The notes: a model not told the origin generated them from the letters alone. Shown: positions 47,621-59,975, counted from the first letter of the whole stretch. The stretch is DNA of 62,939 nucleotides, filler included, from Asterionella formosa (GCA_002256025.1; 14 parts of 14 records of this genome joined end to end with filler, not necessarily neighbours in it); one strand, 5' to 3'. A program made the numbers and translations.

Positions 47621-49159
47621 GGCCGTTGCTAACGGTGGACCAAAACGCAAACCAAACAGTGTTTTGGTTTCGGTAACCCTAAAAAACGATGCTAACGGGA
47701 GTGAAAAACCCAATGCAAACGCATCACGTTTAGGGGATTCCGTGCCCATATCCCAATAAGTTACCCAAACGCATTACGTTTAGGTTTTTTTTCTCCCAAA
47801 GTTACCTAAACATAGGATTTTATATTGACTACTTTGAATGTAGTTACTAGAAACCCAATTATTATCATCGTAGAATCAGTACATATAGGACGCATCATTT
47901 ACCAGTATATCATTCATAGATACAACAATAGCAATACGGTACTCTGGTACCTGGTACCAGGTACCAGGGGACCACACTGTCAAGAACAACAACAACAAAT
48001 CATCTCGGATTTCACCACAATCAACATATCATCAAACCCACATTTCACCAACATGGCACACATATGTACCATATCAACGATATTGTGGAACTTGTCCAAC
48101 CAACTCGCCAAGATCATCTACTCCAAGGCAAGTGCCCTATGTTCCATGGTTTTACTCCATCTGCCTGGCGTACCAAGGTTTGATATTCAATTGCTACTTT
48201 TTATATAGAAACTTCCTTTATTTAAACTCCTTCCATTTGCACTTCATACTTGTAACTGTATCGGGCGTCATCACTTATCAAGAAACCAACTCGATCCACC
48301 AGATAATCAATTTGCTTGTCATCACAGTCCGCAGGTCCAGTCCAGCCGCTTGTACCTGTTGTCGCTCGCTTCTTGGAATGCAACAGCTCCACGTCATATG
48401 ACTCAATCCAGACTTCAAACACATTATCTTCCTCTCTTGCATGAGTTATCACGCGGGTCTCAACAAACACTTGCTTCCCAAACTTTCCTGTCAGCCCTAG
48501 AATAATCTTTTCTGCGATCTCCAGATCGGAATCGTCACCGGTACAAGCCACAACGACATGGCCACGAAACTGCTCTTCGAACTCCGGATCACGATCGTAG
48601 TCATACTTAATTTCCTTGTCAAGCATCTCTCTGTCCTCCCTTTCGTCTTCTGACAACTCATCGTCTTCTCCAATTCCATTTTCATGATCCATTTCCATAT
48701 TCCAGCGGCGAACATCCTCCAATGCATCTTGAATCAATGGTTTGTCTGGATGAAGCGGCATTTCAAAGCTATTTGAAAAGACACATCTTCATCTTTGATA
48801 TCATTGTCGTCAAAGTCCACCCAAGGCTGCTCTTCCGACAGAGAATCCGCGTTCTTCTCTAGGCATGTTGTTGATCATGTAATCAATGGGATCAAAGTTG
48901 TTGACAACAAGAGAGCAGCATCGCTCAAATTGCGGGAAAAACTAACTAATTCCCAAATAGGAATCATAATATTTCATTTATAAAAGTAGTCTAATAGAAA
49001 TATTTTACTTTTTTTATAATGGTTTTGTCATCCTACGTCACAGTAGATGGGTGCTTGACAGCATTTAGGATTTCCCAAAAACCGATAGCATCGTTTTTTC
49101 GTAAACCAATCCAAAAAAAGTTTTTGGGTTTTGGTTTGGGTCAATGGTTAGCAACGGCC
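47621..49159. mobile_element. Harbinger-like element (1539 bp, TIR GGCCGTTGCTAAC) carrying a host-like gene fragment
   Basis: TTA|GGCCGTTGCTAAC...GTTAGCAACGGCC|ttttTTA. The flanks rejoin to match uninterrupted sequence at about 17380-17449 (inverted). Confidence 0.8.
48222..48865 (-). pseudogene. C-terminal fragment of an acidic hypothetical protein
   Basis: 179-aa protein-like ORF. The upstream part (LEKNADSLSEEQPWVDFDD) is in another frame, and no N-terminus is present. Confidence 0.65.
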
Positions 49160-49233
49160 TTTTTTAGAGCCTAAAAATTCCTTAGAAGTACCCGAATGGC
49201 AAGACGATAGCTGGAGCGGGAATTGCAATTTAA

Positions 49234-49459
49234 GGGCAATATGGGGCACATCGAATTTTTCGGCAATAAAATTGCCGATTTTAGCATGACAACCAGAATA
49301 ACGGTAATATGCATAGAGATGGTACAACAAGCGTAAAACACACGAGAATGATTGTAACATGCAACATCAATGAAAATTGAACATGATGTTTGGAGCAACC
49401 AAAGTATGAAATGCGATGTAATAAGTAGCATCAAATGAGAAATAGAAAAAATTGTTTTG
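49234..49459 (+). mobile_element. Kolobok-like family C end
   Basis: TTAA|GGGCAATATGGGGCAC; runs into the contig end. Confidence 0.65.
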
Positions 49460-50117
49460 NNNNNNNNNNNNNNNNNNNNNNNNNNNNNNNNNNNNNNNNN
49501 NNNTTAATTAATTAANNNNNNNNNNNNNNNNNNNNNNNNNNNNNNNNNNNNNNNNNNNNTCAAATATTTATATTCAGGTGATTGTATTTGGATAAAATAC
49601 GTTTTGTTCATGAATGACAATATCCAGTCGTTGAAAACCGGTAATTCTACTCACGAGGTCTTATACGAAGTGGTTTCTAACCGAGAACAACGAGCCAACC
49701 TCGCAATGTGCAATTCCAGTGCTGCAACCTTAAAACACTTTTGCGCCATTGCACATCAGTTGTTTCAATCACATAAACAATGTTCATTACATTGTTAGTT
49801 TACAAATAGAAGGGATTAATCATGACAAACAAGCCCTACAATATGGATGAACAATGCAAGAACCTATTTTCAAGTGGAGAGGAAAATGAACAAAACAGAG
49901 ACCGCCAATGCCAAGAAGAGTCGCATCCACACATCGGGCCACGCAAGACGAGAATGGAAGTTGTTTTGTTTATCTAACTTTCAATTAGTTAAATAAATTG
50001 TTTAACAATATCATAAATTAGTCCATCCTGTTCCGTCATGTTGCACTAAGAATGACGAAAACTTTTGCGTACAACAACCAATTAAACCATGTGTGTTTAT
50101 GTGATAATCTTGCTGTT

Positions 50118-50300
50118 TCAGTTCAGCAACACTGTGTCCTTTTCTCTGCATTTTGCTGGCGACAAATAGAAATGAATCCATAGAGCACCATTTCTTTTCT
50201 TATTATCCAAAACTCCACCATGAACTATATCTCTGCACATGCTGGTGAGAAAGATGAATTTGAATGGCATGGACAATTGTATAGTATGTTTCTGTCCCAT
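50118..50300 (-). pseudogene. Degenerate paralog of the 2OG-Fe(II) dioxygenase-like domain at 60083-60540
   Basis: MPFKFIFL...RDIVHGGVLDN...NGALWIHFYLSP versus IPFKCIFLMRGDTVHAGAMDN...NGALRLHMYLSP. Confidence 0.6.
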
Positions 50301-50322
50301 ACATTTAAGCAGTTCAACTTAA

Positions 50323-50372
50323 GGTTGCGGCCCCGCGCGCAGCTACACATTACAAGGTTCATTTTTTTCTGT
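50323..50372. mobile_element. Kolobok-like family A terminal fragment
   Basis: TTAA|GGTTGCGGCCCCGC..CAGCTACACATT. Confidence 0.65.
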
Positions 50373-51418
50373 TTAGTTCTTGAAAGGGAAAACTCTCATG
50401 GCTTTACCTTCCATTGTTTTCTTTGCAAGCCCATACTAGTATTTTGAAGCGGATTTGAAGAATGTTTGCTGTGATAGCCAAACAGGAGGGTTATATAATT
50501 TCTCAGATGTAAAAAATGTTTTGCAATGTGTAGGAATGGATCATCATTTTCTTCTGTTCCAAGAAAACATCTGGAAGTTGAGAAAGATCATATGTTCTTG
50601 TGGAACTCCATCAATAACATATAGGATGTTATCCGTTGTCAACAGTCTTTTAAGAAGCCATAAATTATCTGTCATAAAAGTAAGAAATTCATCAATGGTG
50701 GCTGTCTTGTTGGTTGTTTTATTGTTGTTGTTGTCATGTCACTCAAAATCAAATGGAAAACGGTTCTTCCATAGTCATGTTGCTGGCTGTGTTGTATTCT
50801 CAAAATTCCTTGAGACTGCAAATGATTTTTTGTTAAACAAGCAAGCCAGACTGTAGCACCTTCTTCCTCAATTTACTGAAGACAAAATTGATGACACTGT
50901 CATCTATTTGCTAATTTCCTGTATCAACATGAGAAGTTATATATTGTTTGAAAGATTTGATTGTTTCATCAGCTCCTTCTTGTTGAATAATTGACTGGAT
51001 GTGTCTGTCAAAAGGTTTTCGATGGAGACAGGAACGTGAGTCCAAATAAAGGAATACGGGAATACTGGTAGGGCACGCCTACTATTCTACAGTGCTGAAG
51101 GGGTATACGGTATTCTAAAAAGAGGAATACGGGAATACTAGGGCAAGCCTGCCTACTATTCGACAGTACCTGGTACCAGGTACTGTTAACCAAGGATGAT
51201 GTTTTTGACATCACACGATCGCCAGAATGCATGCCAGATGTCAAGTCTCGCACTGTACTGGCACAACCGGAGTCTGTTTGATTTTCCGTTGTCGGTGCAC
51301 TCTATTGTATGCTATCTACCAGTAACAGTCTGAATGCTCTGCAACCTGATCATCATACATCATTTTATGAATCAGGAGGAATAGTTCCAGCCCAGCCAAA
51401 CCAAACGCCAACAAAACC

Positions 51419-52219
51419 ATGAAGCAATCACTGAACGTCCCCCTATTGGTGGCGCTGGTACTGGTGTTTCACCATTGCTTATTAGTACCATCCGTGGATG
51501 CCTTTTCTGTCAGATTGCCAGTCACTAGTACTGCCTCATCCTCCTCTATCCACCGTCCATTGTTGGTTTCGTCGGAGCCATCGTCGTCATTCAACGATCC
51601 TGATTGTGACTCACGGCCACGGAATACCATTCGATCCAAACTTCGAGACATGACAGGATTTTCTCTCACAGCTCTCCGGGCCACATTTCGAGGTGTCACT
51701 GGCATTTCATTGTCCGCAATCTGTGCGGCTTGTGGAGCCGCAACATCAGGTGTGGTTCGTAATACCATGGCCTTGCTATTGAAACCAATCCCAACATGGG
51801 CTCGATACTTTATCCAACCCTTTTTAATCATGTACTACGTTCCACTTTTTATGATACGAACCATGGCAGATCGAAAGTCTATTCGAGATAAACAAACCAC
51901 ACATGATGCTTTAATATCGGATTGGAAAATGGCTATTGACACAGCAAGGACCAAGGTGGGAACCGAAGGGTATTGGCCTGTCAAGGTGAATGGTAAGATT
52001 TAAAACATGACATTCAAATTTCTATTACTGATGGATGCACTCACACACCCAACTCCTCGACTCCTACCATGTAAAATAGACGAGGGAGACATTGAAATGG
52101 TGGCATCCACTGATCCAAACATGCCTGTTTTGGATTTGAATTCGGCAGTGGTTGAGTCGATTGAATTGGCCCTGCAGTCCAGGGAAGGAGGAAGTCATGC
52201 AGGTGGCTGTGACATATGA
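51419..52219 (+). CDS. Plastid-targeted hypothetical protein; intron 51993-52079
   Basis: Signal peptide + VDA-FSV motif + Ser-rich transit peptide; GTAAG...ATAG intron restores the frame. Confidence 0.85.
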
Positions 52220-52415
52220 ACGAAACGAATTCAGAAATTTCTATTTGATTTTGAGACTGAATTTTGAGGTAGCGAATCCAATTCTTGGAGCTAATTAATG
52301 CTAAACTATATATAATGATTTTTGCCACAGCGATATCGAATATTCTGTTGGGATCTAATATCCTACTTTTTACAAAAGTGCCATGTTTTCCATTTAACTC
52401 TTCCACATATAGGAC

Positions 52416-53944
52416 TTAAACACCTGGATTCAGTCCAAGATCTTCACACAGTGACACAATCAACTTTCGCTGCAATTCGTCCTTGATACCATGAATCTTT
52501 AATCCTCTCACTTTCAATGCATCTTGCAACTGAGATAGTTTCATTTCACCCACCGATTGTTGTATAGAAGCCAATACCACTTGATCTGTGGTGGATGGAG
52601 GATCTTCCTTGATACCACTACGACTGTTGCTGTATAAGTTGTTGTCCTCGTTGTCTGCTTCAAAGGCATCATCATCATACCAATCTCGTATAGACATGTG
52701 TAACATTGGTAATGCATGAATAATATCATCACCATTGGCATTGGGACATAATTCTAATGCCTTTTTCATACATTCCTTGGATTCATCTACATCTCCAATT
52801 GCATCATAGTGTAGACCTAGATAAAACCATGATGTGAGTTTCCACAATTTCCGATCCAATCCCATACCTCCAGTTCCACAAATGGCTCGAAGTTTGGCTC
52901 TGGCCAAGACAACTCCAACTGTATTGTCGTTGAGAGTAGAAGAGAATAATTCCTTTGCAATTCGAATGACTTTTCTATTTTTGTTGTTGGTAACAATGAA
53001 ACATGAGTGTGCTTGTATGGTTAGTTTTCTTGTTCATTCGTCTCATCTTCATGTTACATTCTTTTTTTGCAAGAAACAAGAATATAAAAAAGACTCACCT
53101 TGTTTCTGGTGCATCCAAATCATTCATGACTTGTGGAAAGAGTGTATCATTTTTATTTTGTTGTTGAGTATTGTATTTGATTTGACATGCATCTCTCCAA
53201 ATACGTTCTTCTGATGCTGGTAATCCAAATTTTGCTTCTGCTAAACTTGCACATTGACACATTATTGTGGCTCCCTGTATGTATTCACCAAGATAATATT
53301 TTGGAATGACTGCTTGCCATAAGTAGGCTGTGGGACGTAGTTCAAAAACTTTATCAAAGGAACAGGATGCATCATGTAATTGAAACTAATGATAATAAAT
53401 GTGTTTTTGTATAAATGATGTGATGCGAAATGTGAGTGAAAGAAAGCAAGGAACCCATCATGAGACATGGGAGATTCTCTTGTCATGATTTCATGGGCAA
53501 CAAGACCCAAAACCAAGAAATGTATTCAAAACATACCATTTTTAATGCAGCCATTCCAGTTTCTGTCCATCGAAATACTTCTTGTTCAACTTTCGATGCA
53601 TGTTTCATCCATTCTTCTGTAGTGGCAGATGGATTGAGTTGATAATCCTTGGCACCTGGAATAGCTGATGTTTTCCCAGGAACAACCTCTTGCTGACGAT
53701 CCTTTCGTCGTACTTCTTCATCTCGTCGTTCACGTTTCGCAGTAGTTAATGGAGTATTTGTGTCCTTTTTGATTTGAAAGAGGGGGCGGAAATTTGGAAT
53801 GTTTTTTGACGAATGCATTAGTTGTGTCGACGGAACAAAGGCCTGGATAGTCATGGGCAAGAGTAAAAACGTAGGACACAGAACACTGGAAAGGATAATG
53901 ACTAACAGTACTTGCGTGGCTCTTCCTTCATGACTCGAGTACAT
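52416..53944 (-). CDS. Plastid-targeted TPR-like protein with C-terminal SAP domain; three exons
   Basis: IQA-FVP motif. The spliced frame gives FDKVFELRPTAYLWQA and WFYLGLHYDAIGD; SAP-like MKLSQLQDALKVRGLKIHGIKDELQRKL. Confidence 0.85.
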
Positions 53945-54053
53945 GTTGTTGCTNNNNNNNNNNNNNNNNNNNNNNNNNNNNNNNNNNNNNNNNNNNNTTA
54001 ATTAATTAANNNNNNNNNNNNNNNNNNNNNNNNNNNNNNNNNNNNNNNNNNNN

Positions 54054-54845
54054 CAAGACAGTGACGCAACTTCCTACGGCAAAAACTACCAAGAAACCAA
54101 CGCAAATTGACATCAACGAGGCCCACGACAAATACGGCCACATCAGCGAGGCATCCCTTCGCGCAACGCTAAAGTCCCTCGGTATTGAACCTACGGGCAA
54201 GATTCAGTCGTGTGAAGGCTCCGCACTAGCTAAGGCAAAGGCCAAAGCGGTACCTAAAGTCACAACCCTCAAGGCCTCCACTCCTACTAGTAAACCTACC
54301 AACGCAATGCCTCCTGACGAGCAAGGGGCTACTACACTACTACCAACGAAACAAGACGATCCCAGTACTCCCAAGGGAGTGAGCTTTGCAGATTCCGTCG
54401 CAGGTGGTATGAGTACGAACGAGCATCGTACGAATTATGCTACGAAATCTACAAAGCTAGATCGAGAAATGAATAGGCTATCAACAGGCCTTGTGACCTC
54501 GCCTACACCTACTCGTGCAGGTACACGTCAGCAATCATCCGCAGCACGCACGCTTATTTTGGATGACGACACGAATGAAAACCTCCAAGAGCACGAACCT
54601 AACGAGGAAGCACATTCAACGAGCCTAGCTTCCGACCCACTGGAACCCAAGAGCTACAAGCAGGCACTACTAAGTAACGAAAAAGACGAATGGACCAAGG
54701 CAATCAAAGCTGAAATTGAAAACTTCTACTCCCGCAAAGTGTGGAAGCTACATCCTCGTAAGAATCTAAATGGACGAAAGCCACTTCGAGCAAAATGGGT
54801 ATTTAAAAAGAAGAATGAGCACGACAACACTACGCGCTATAAAAA
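54054..54845 (+). pseudogene. Ty1/copia pol remnant (integrase Zn finger, core deleted, start of RT)
   Basis: AHDKYGH...SCEG, EPKSYKQAL, W..AI.AE, KWVFKKK...RYK. Confidence 0.88.
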
Positions 54846-54887
54846 CCATGCATGGTTGTTTTTAGTACCACGTACGTATGTCGACTA

Positions 54888-55535
54888 CCGTATACTTCAT
54901 TGTCCTGGACCCCCCCTATGGTTGCTGGACCCCCCTGTACATTTTTCTCGAGGTGGAACCAAACACCCAATAATTTTCTTGTCATAGACAAAGTAACGTG
55001 CCATCATTCTTTTTGTCCTCGTAGGCACTAGTATGTAATAATTTAGCTACCATTTTGCGATTCTTTTGTGCATACAAAACACAAGAGACGACAGGTAGTG
55101 GCTGTGAGCAGCTGGAGAATCCTTCATGATGTTGTCGCAACCTTGACCATGACGAAAATACCAATTATCTCCACGAAAATAGAGAACGACGCTTTGCTAC
55201 TTGCTACCTGTATTAAGAATGACATGGAAAATACAATCGTAAAAGAAGTAAAGTAATAACACTAATAATGACAACGAAAATTGAGATCGCCGATAACAAC
55301 ATGAAGTCGCGTTTTTCTTGCGAGGTGAAGAACTCTCTCATTTTTCACAAGACGGAAATAATTGTCATATTAATACATCTTAGAAAAATGTGCGCTATCC
55401 TGTAGAACTAAAGAAATTTACTTAGGTCCATTATAAGGGAAATCTCTTCATTGTCCTGGGCCCCCCTTAAGTAAAATCAGTCAAATTCAGTCACGGCAGT
55501 GTACATTGGGGGGTCCAGGACAATGAAGTATACGG
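54888..55535. mobile_element. Tc2/pogo-like MITE, 648 bp, perfect 28-bp TIR, TA target duplication
   Basis: TA|CCGTATACTTCATTGTCCTGGACCCCCC...GGGGGGTCCAGGACAATGAAGTATACGG|TA, with subterminal TIR-motif copies at about 54925 and 55446. Confidence 0.95.
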
Positions 55536-55698
55536 TAGATGACTGCCGGTACCGGTAGAATATCCGTTAAGCATCATTACATACATGCATGGTTTAAGCT
55601 ATGCTTTAACGCTTACTTTGAACACGTTATAATATTATCTCTGTAGACTCGGTATTATTTTTACGAGACCTGAAATGTTGAATTATATCGTTCACATA

Positions 55699-56119
55699 TG
55701 TTAAAGTATTACCTTTTGTATAGATCTATATCGTTAGACAGAGAAGACTATAGATAGAGACGTTCGTTTCTCTTTCCGTTTCTATATTCTTATTGTGAGT
55801 TTACTAATCTAGTTTAGGTTGTTCTGTTTGAACAAAACAAACGAACTATTCTCCAAATGCTGTTTGCATTTCTAGGAACATACAATCATAGATAGACCCA
55901 TGTCTATCTCACACTTACTGATCATAGGTATTTAACCATGATCATTCATTTCAAACTATCGGTCTTCCGAAATAGCTTATATTGTCCGGCTCATTATAGT
56001 CGGAGTAACAAGGTATAATGTGTGGTTGATGAGAGCTTGGTACATCAAAGTTGACTCATTCGAATCGTTTGACTCGTTTGACTCCGAGTCCTAACTACGT
56101 AGATGAGCTCACTTTAACA
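55699..56119 (-). mobile_element. Isolated copia LTR (421 bp)
   Basis: Highly similar to 18779-19212; no matching TSD. Confidence 0.92.
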
Positions 56120-56327
56120 ATGGAAGCCTAACTTTGACCTACCATAACGTCATGAGTTTTGATACTCAACTACTGATTGATGTCGCTTTTGAACAATCAT
56201 TAATTTATTTATCACTACATATCAAATCTAGCGAAGGAGTTAACCGGAAAGGCTATCGGAAATCAACAGAAAGGGGAACCGAAATTTTGGCGCCACTGCG
56301 ACGAGGCAAGCACGATGCGACAATTAA

Positions 56328-57384
56328 GCTTCCTGCATTTCAACCCTAAGGCAAAAATTAAAATATTACTTGGGGTTGCCGAAATTCCCTGGAACTAAGA
56401 ATTTAGAGGAGCTATTTTGGAATGACATGATTCCGTTTGAAATACTCAAATCAGTGGAAATTTGCGCATATTTACATAGATTCCTTTTCGAAATAGCTAA
56501 ATATATATATAGACAATGATCATCACTGTATGTATGCATATGTACCGACAATTATTTTTCTTATATACGACCCGGAGGCTCGGCAAATTTTTGAAAGTGC
56601 AATCAATAAGTGGTACCAGGTACCACACATATGATGTCCAATGATGATAATCTACTGGTACCCGTACTGGATATAGTACCGGCCTACCGATACACCCAAA
56701 GAAATGTTACATGTGTATCCAATGTGGCCGGTGTGGGTTTGCAATTCCTCTCGCAATCAAACGGAGTCGAGTATTTCGCCATAGCCGATGAGGACATCTA
56801 TAGTCATAGTACTGCGCGCACTTACAATGGAATTTTTACAACTAAATATTGCATACAAGACTACTACCATTCCAATGATGACGTTTCGGCACTAAGTGGT
56901 TCTGATTCCGATATTTCGGAGACCGTAGAAAAGGCCGATTTTGTCGAATTTTGGGACAACGATAGCTCAACGTTGGCTGGGTCTGAAGCCGATTTAGATA
57001 CATAGGTAACCTTCAAATAGACTAGCATCAGTATATGACTTCTGGCGAGAAACTGCAGGAAGGATCTTCTTTTTTTACTATGCCAAATAAAATGATTTCC
57101 CCCGAAATTTCCAGTCTTTATAGCATACCGGGTAGTTTAAAAACCGAACTTCCTTTCTGTAGTTTCTCGCCAGATCCTATATCCTGACGATATATAGCGT
57201 TGACTTGTACCCCTACTTTTGTCAATGACCGTATCTAAACATATGGAAAGGGTGTATATAGGTGAAAGCTCCGTTTAGCGATACACATTTATGTTTTACT
57301 CGTAAGTGTGTGTTTGAGTACTCTCACTCAATATTTATTTTTAAACCCTACCTCTAAACTAGCTAGGGTTGAAATGCAGGAACC
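56328..57384. mobile_element. Kolobok-like family B non-autonomous element (1057 bp), TTAA TSD
   Basis: TTAA|GCTTCCTGCATTTCAACCCTA...TAGGGTTGAAATGCAGGAACC|TTAA (TIR 20/21). Confidence 0.85.
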
Positions 57385-57388
57385 TTAA

Positions 57389-57536
57389 GGTTGCGGCCCC
57401 GCAGTTACACATCACGAGGTCTGTTTTTTCCAAAATAAATTTATTATGTACTTCAATCCACAAAGTACGTACAACTAAATAAAATAGTTAAAGATAAAAG
57501 TAGCTTTCACCAATACTACCACTTTGCATATGCTTA
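57389..57536 (-). mobile_element. Kolobok-like family A right end sharing a TTAA with family B
   Basis: Aligns with 44357-44505. Confidence 0.75.
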
Positions 57537-57543
57537 TTTTTTA

Positions 57544-58449
57544 GGGTCGTTCTTATCATTTTCGATTTGGTATCATTTTTTTGAAAAAGTATCATGTAAC
57601 GGCTACTCGATTTAAACCGAAAAAATCCATTCTCCACAAAAATAAAAATGAAATTGTATCACCAAAAAGTATCACGAAAATTCAACGGTTATGGGCTGGC
57701 TACAAACATGTGCTTTTCCTTCCTGACTACCCGTACATAATGGTACCAAACCAGTCCTCAAACCATGCAAGAAATCTACGCGAATTATGTATATGGACTA
57801 CTATAGTCAATGGTATTTGCACATGTATTTGTTGTACCGGTAGTCACGTCATCATTTTCGTATTCTATTGCCTAGTACGTGCTGGACGAGAGATAGTAGA
57901 ATGTACCGGTAGTGACAGCCAAAGCCAAAGTATTTGCACAGCTAGTATATGTCGTAGTCACGTGATCATTTTCGTATTCTATTGCCTATTACCTTGTCAT
58001 GAATTCCCGGACCAGGTACCAGGGTACCAGGTACCTGTAATTAGATAGCGGGTATGTCTCTATGCACATGACTCAATCTGTTCAATTCTCGACTCAGTGG
58101 TTTTCGTTCTTTGGTGTTGTGGCTGAACATTACCACACATGGCCGCTATAATGATTGTATTGTGCTTCTTTGATGCACACCATAATAATTTTTGTGTATA
58201 TTATCTAGATGTCAATAAAAGTACTGCCCTGCAGGCGTATTATCGGTTATTTTATTAGTGACAACGGAAATGATACCCGCGTGAAAACGTCAGTATCACT
58301 GATACCGTTTTCGGAGGGGGCAAAAAATGGTATCAATTTTGTATCAATGATACAAAATTGATACCATCAAGTTACCGTTGCTGATACCGTGTTTTGATAC
58401 CAACCGTCATTTTTTGCCCACAACCCGGAAATGATACAGCAAATTCGGA
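57544..58449. mobile_element. Non-coding Harbinger derivative (GGGTCGTTCTTATCATT family)
   Basis: One end matches 3326 and 43159. The other end (about 58240-58449) matches 41184-41395 inverted and is cut by the contig end. Confidence 0.85.
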
Positions 58450-58549
58450 NNNNNNNNNNNNNNNNNNNNNNNNNNNNNNNNNNNNNNNNNNNNTTAATTA
58501 ATTAANNNNNNNNNNNNNNNNNNNNNNNNNNNNNNNNNNNNNNNNNNNN

Positions 58550-59130
58550 GTCAAATTTGTTTTGGTATGGAATAATTCCCGAATTACAAAGGGACTTTTA
58601 CAGGAATGGAAAAATGTGCATCTTTTCTTTGTAACTCTAATGCCATCAGCTCTAAGGTATGGACGATCTTTTGATAACCACATAAGACTCCCGCCACCTC
58701 CAAAATTTCGTTTTCCCAAATCGCAAAGGATACCTTCAACCTCCCCAATCTTGACATCCGTAGCAAAATAATTATTCACCCACACCTCGTCTTTTGTTTC
58801 ATTTGGTTTATTGACGAAAACACCGTCATCAAGTGCTAAAAGAACCTCGCTTTCCAAGATACCAGGCTCTTCTGTGACAGTTCCCATTCCACCTTCGATT
58901 TCTTCGATATCACAGCTGTTGAAGTTATCCTCGTTATCCTCGTTATCCTCTTCAAATTTAGGCTGTTTTTCGATACCAGAACTGTCAGTACTAACACTGT
59001 CGCTATTACTGTGACGGTGATTGTGACTGTCATTTTCGTCAGCCACTTCTTCGCTTTCATCTGAGATATCTTCCATCCCAGTGCTTTTCAAACCACCGGG
59101 TTGGGATGTAAAAAAGTTTCGTCTCAACAT
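58550..59130 (-). CDS. Partial ORF: acidic N-terminus then a Cys-containing segment; possibly a Mutator-type transposase N-terminus
   Basis: Acidic tract followed by W....P........KKRC.F...C..PF.IRE; truncated by the contig edge. Confidence 0.3.
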
Positions 59131-59569
59131 GGAGGAGCATTCATAATTTGAGTTTATTTACCTGGTAAAGTTTCTCCTCTGTATCAACCCAAAAATTCCT
59201 TGCTTGGCGGTATATCAATGTGGGTACCGGTACATCGCTAATAAAATAATTTAATACGGTAAAACGCCTTCCTTTTTTGCTATTGTTTTATGTCGCGGCA
59301 TGTGCAGAAAATTCTCTGTAGTATTTCCATGTAATTAACCCACAACGATCAATTCGAAACATGGGTACCGGTATCGAAACCCGTAACAGGACATCCTTTG
59401 TGCTGTTCGAACATAACTACAGTCATGGCGGCTGATGGAGTCGCTTTGTTCGAAAACGAACATCATAGACCAGTGTTGTTCTTCAAATCGTTTTTAAGCA
59501 CCAGTACTGCGTGAAAACGGCATACGCTCAAATTTTCGGCTAGTTTGAGTGGCGTTGCGGCGAAACTTG

Positions 59570-59890
59570 ATGTACCAAAGAATTCAATTGATGCTGTCGG
59601 CGCCAAGGCAATTGTAGAGGATGTCAAGGTCAATGCTGAATTGACAACAGTTTCTTGTTTCGATTTTAATTCCATTGGTCTTGATGGCGCAGAGGCCATC
59701 AACATAGAGGTCCTCGTCAAGGTCGATTCTGTCGTGACTACACTTGATCTCAATGCCAAGTCAATTGGTGATGATGAAGCGAAGGCCATTACCCCATCGA
59801 GGTCAATATCAACACTGGCCTTCAAGGCCGATACTGTCATGACTACACTTGATCTCAATACCAGTTCAATTGGTATTGATGGTGTGAAGG

Positions 59891-59921
<31 letters not shown>

Positions 59922-59975
59922 AGGGGGGGCGGGGGCCAATTGAATTGTAGATGCTCTCAAGAAGGTCAATCCTCG
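59570..59975 (+). pseudogene. Degenerate RI-like LRR repeats with a poly-G insertion
   Basis: NSIG.DGA.AI...KV...LTTLDL units, same family as 7500-7790. Confidence 0.75.

Noticed and set aside
55694..56124. Solo LTR with target-site duplication
   Set aside because: The flanks ACATA and ATGGA do not match, so a clean solo-LTR origin is unsupported.
59463..59969. Proline-rich ORF
   Set aside because: Antisense of the LRR remnant; the poly-Pro comes from the G-run.
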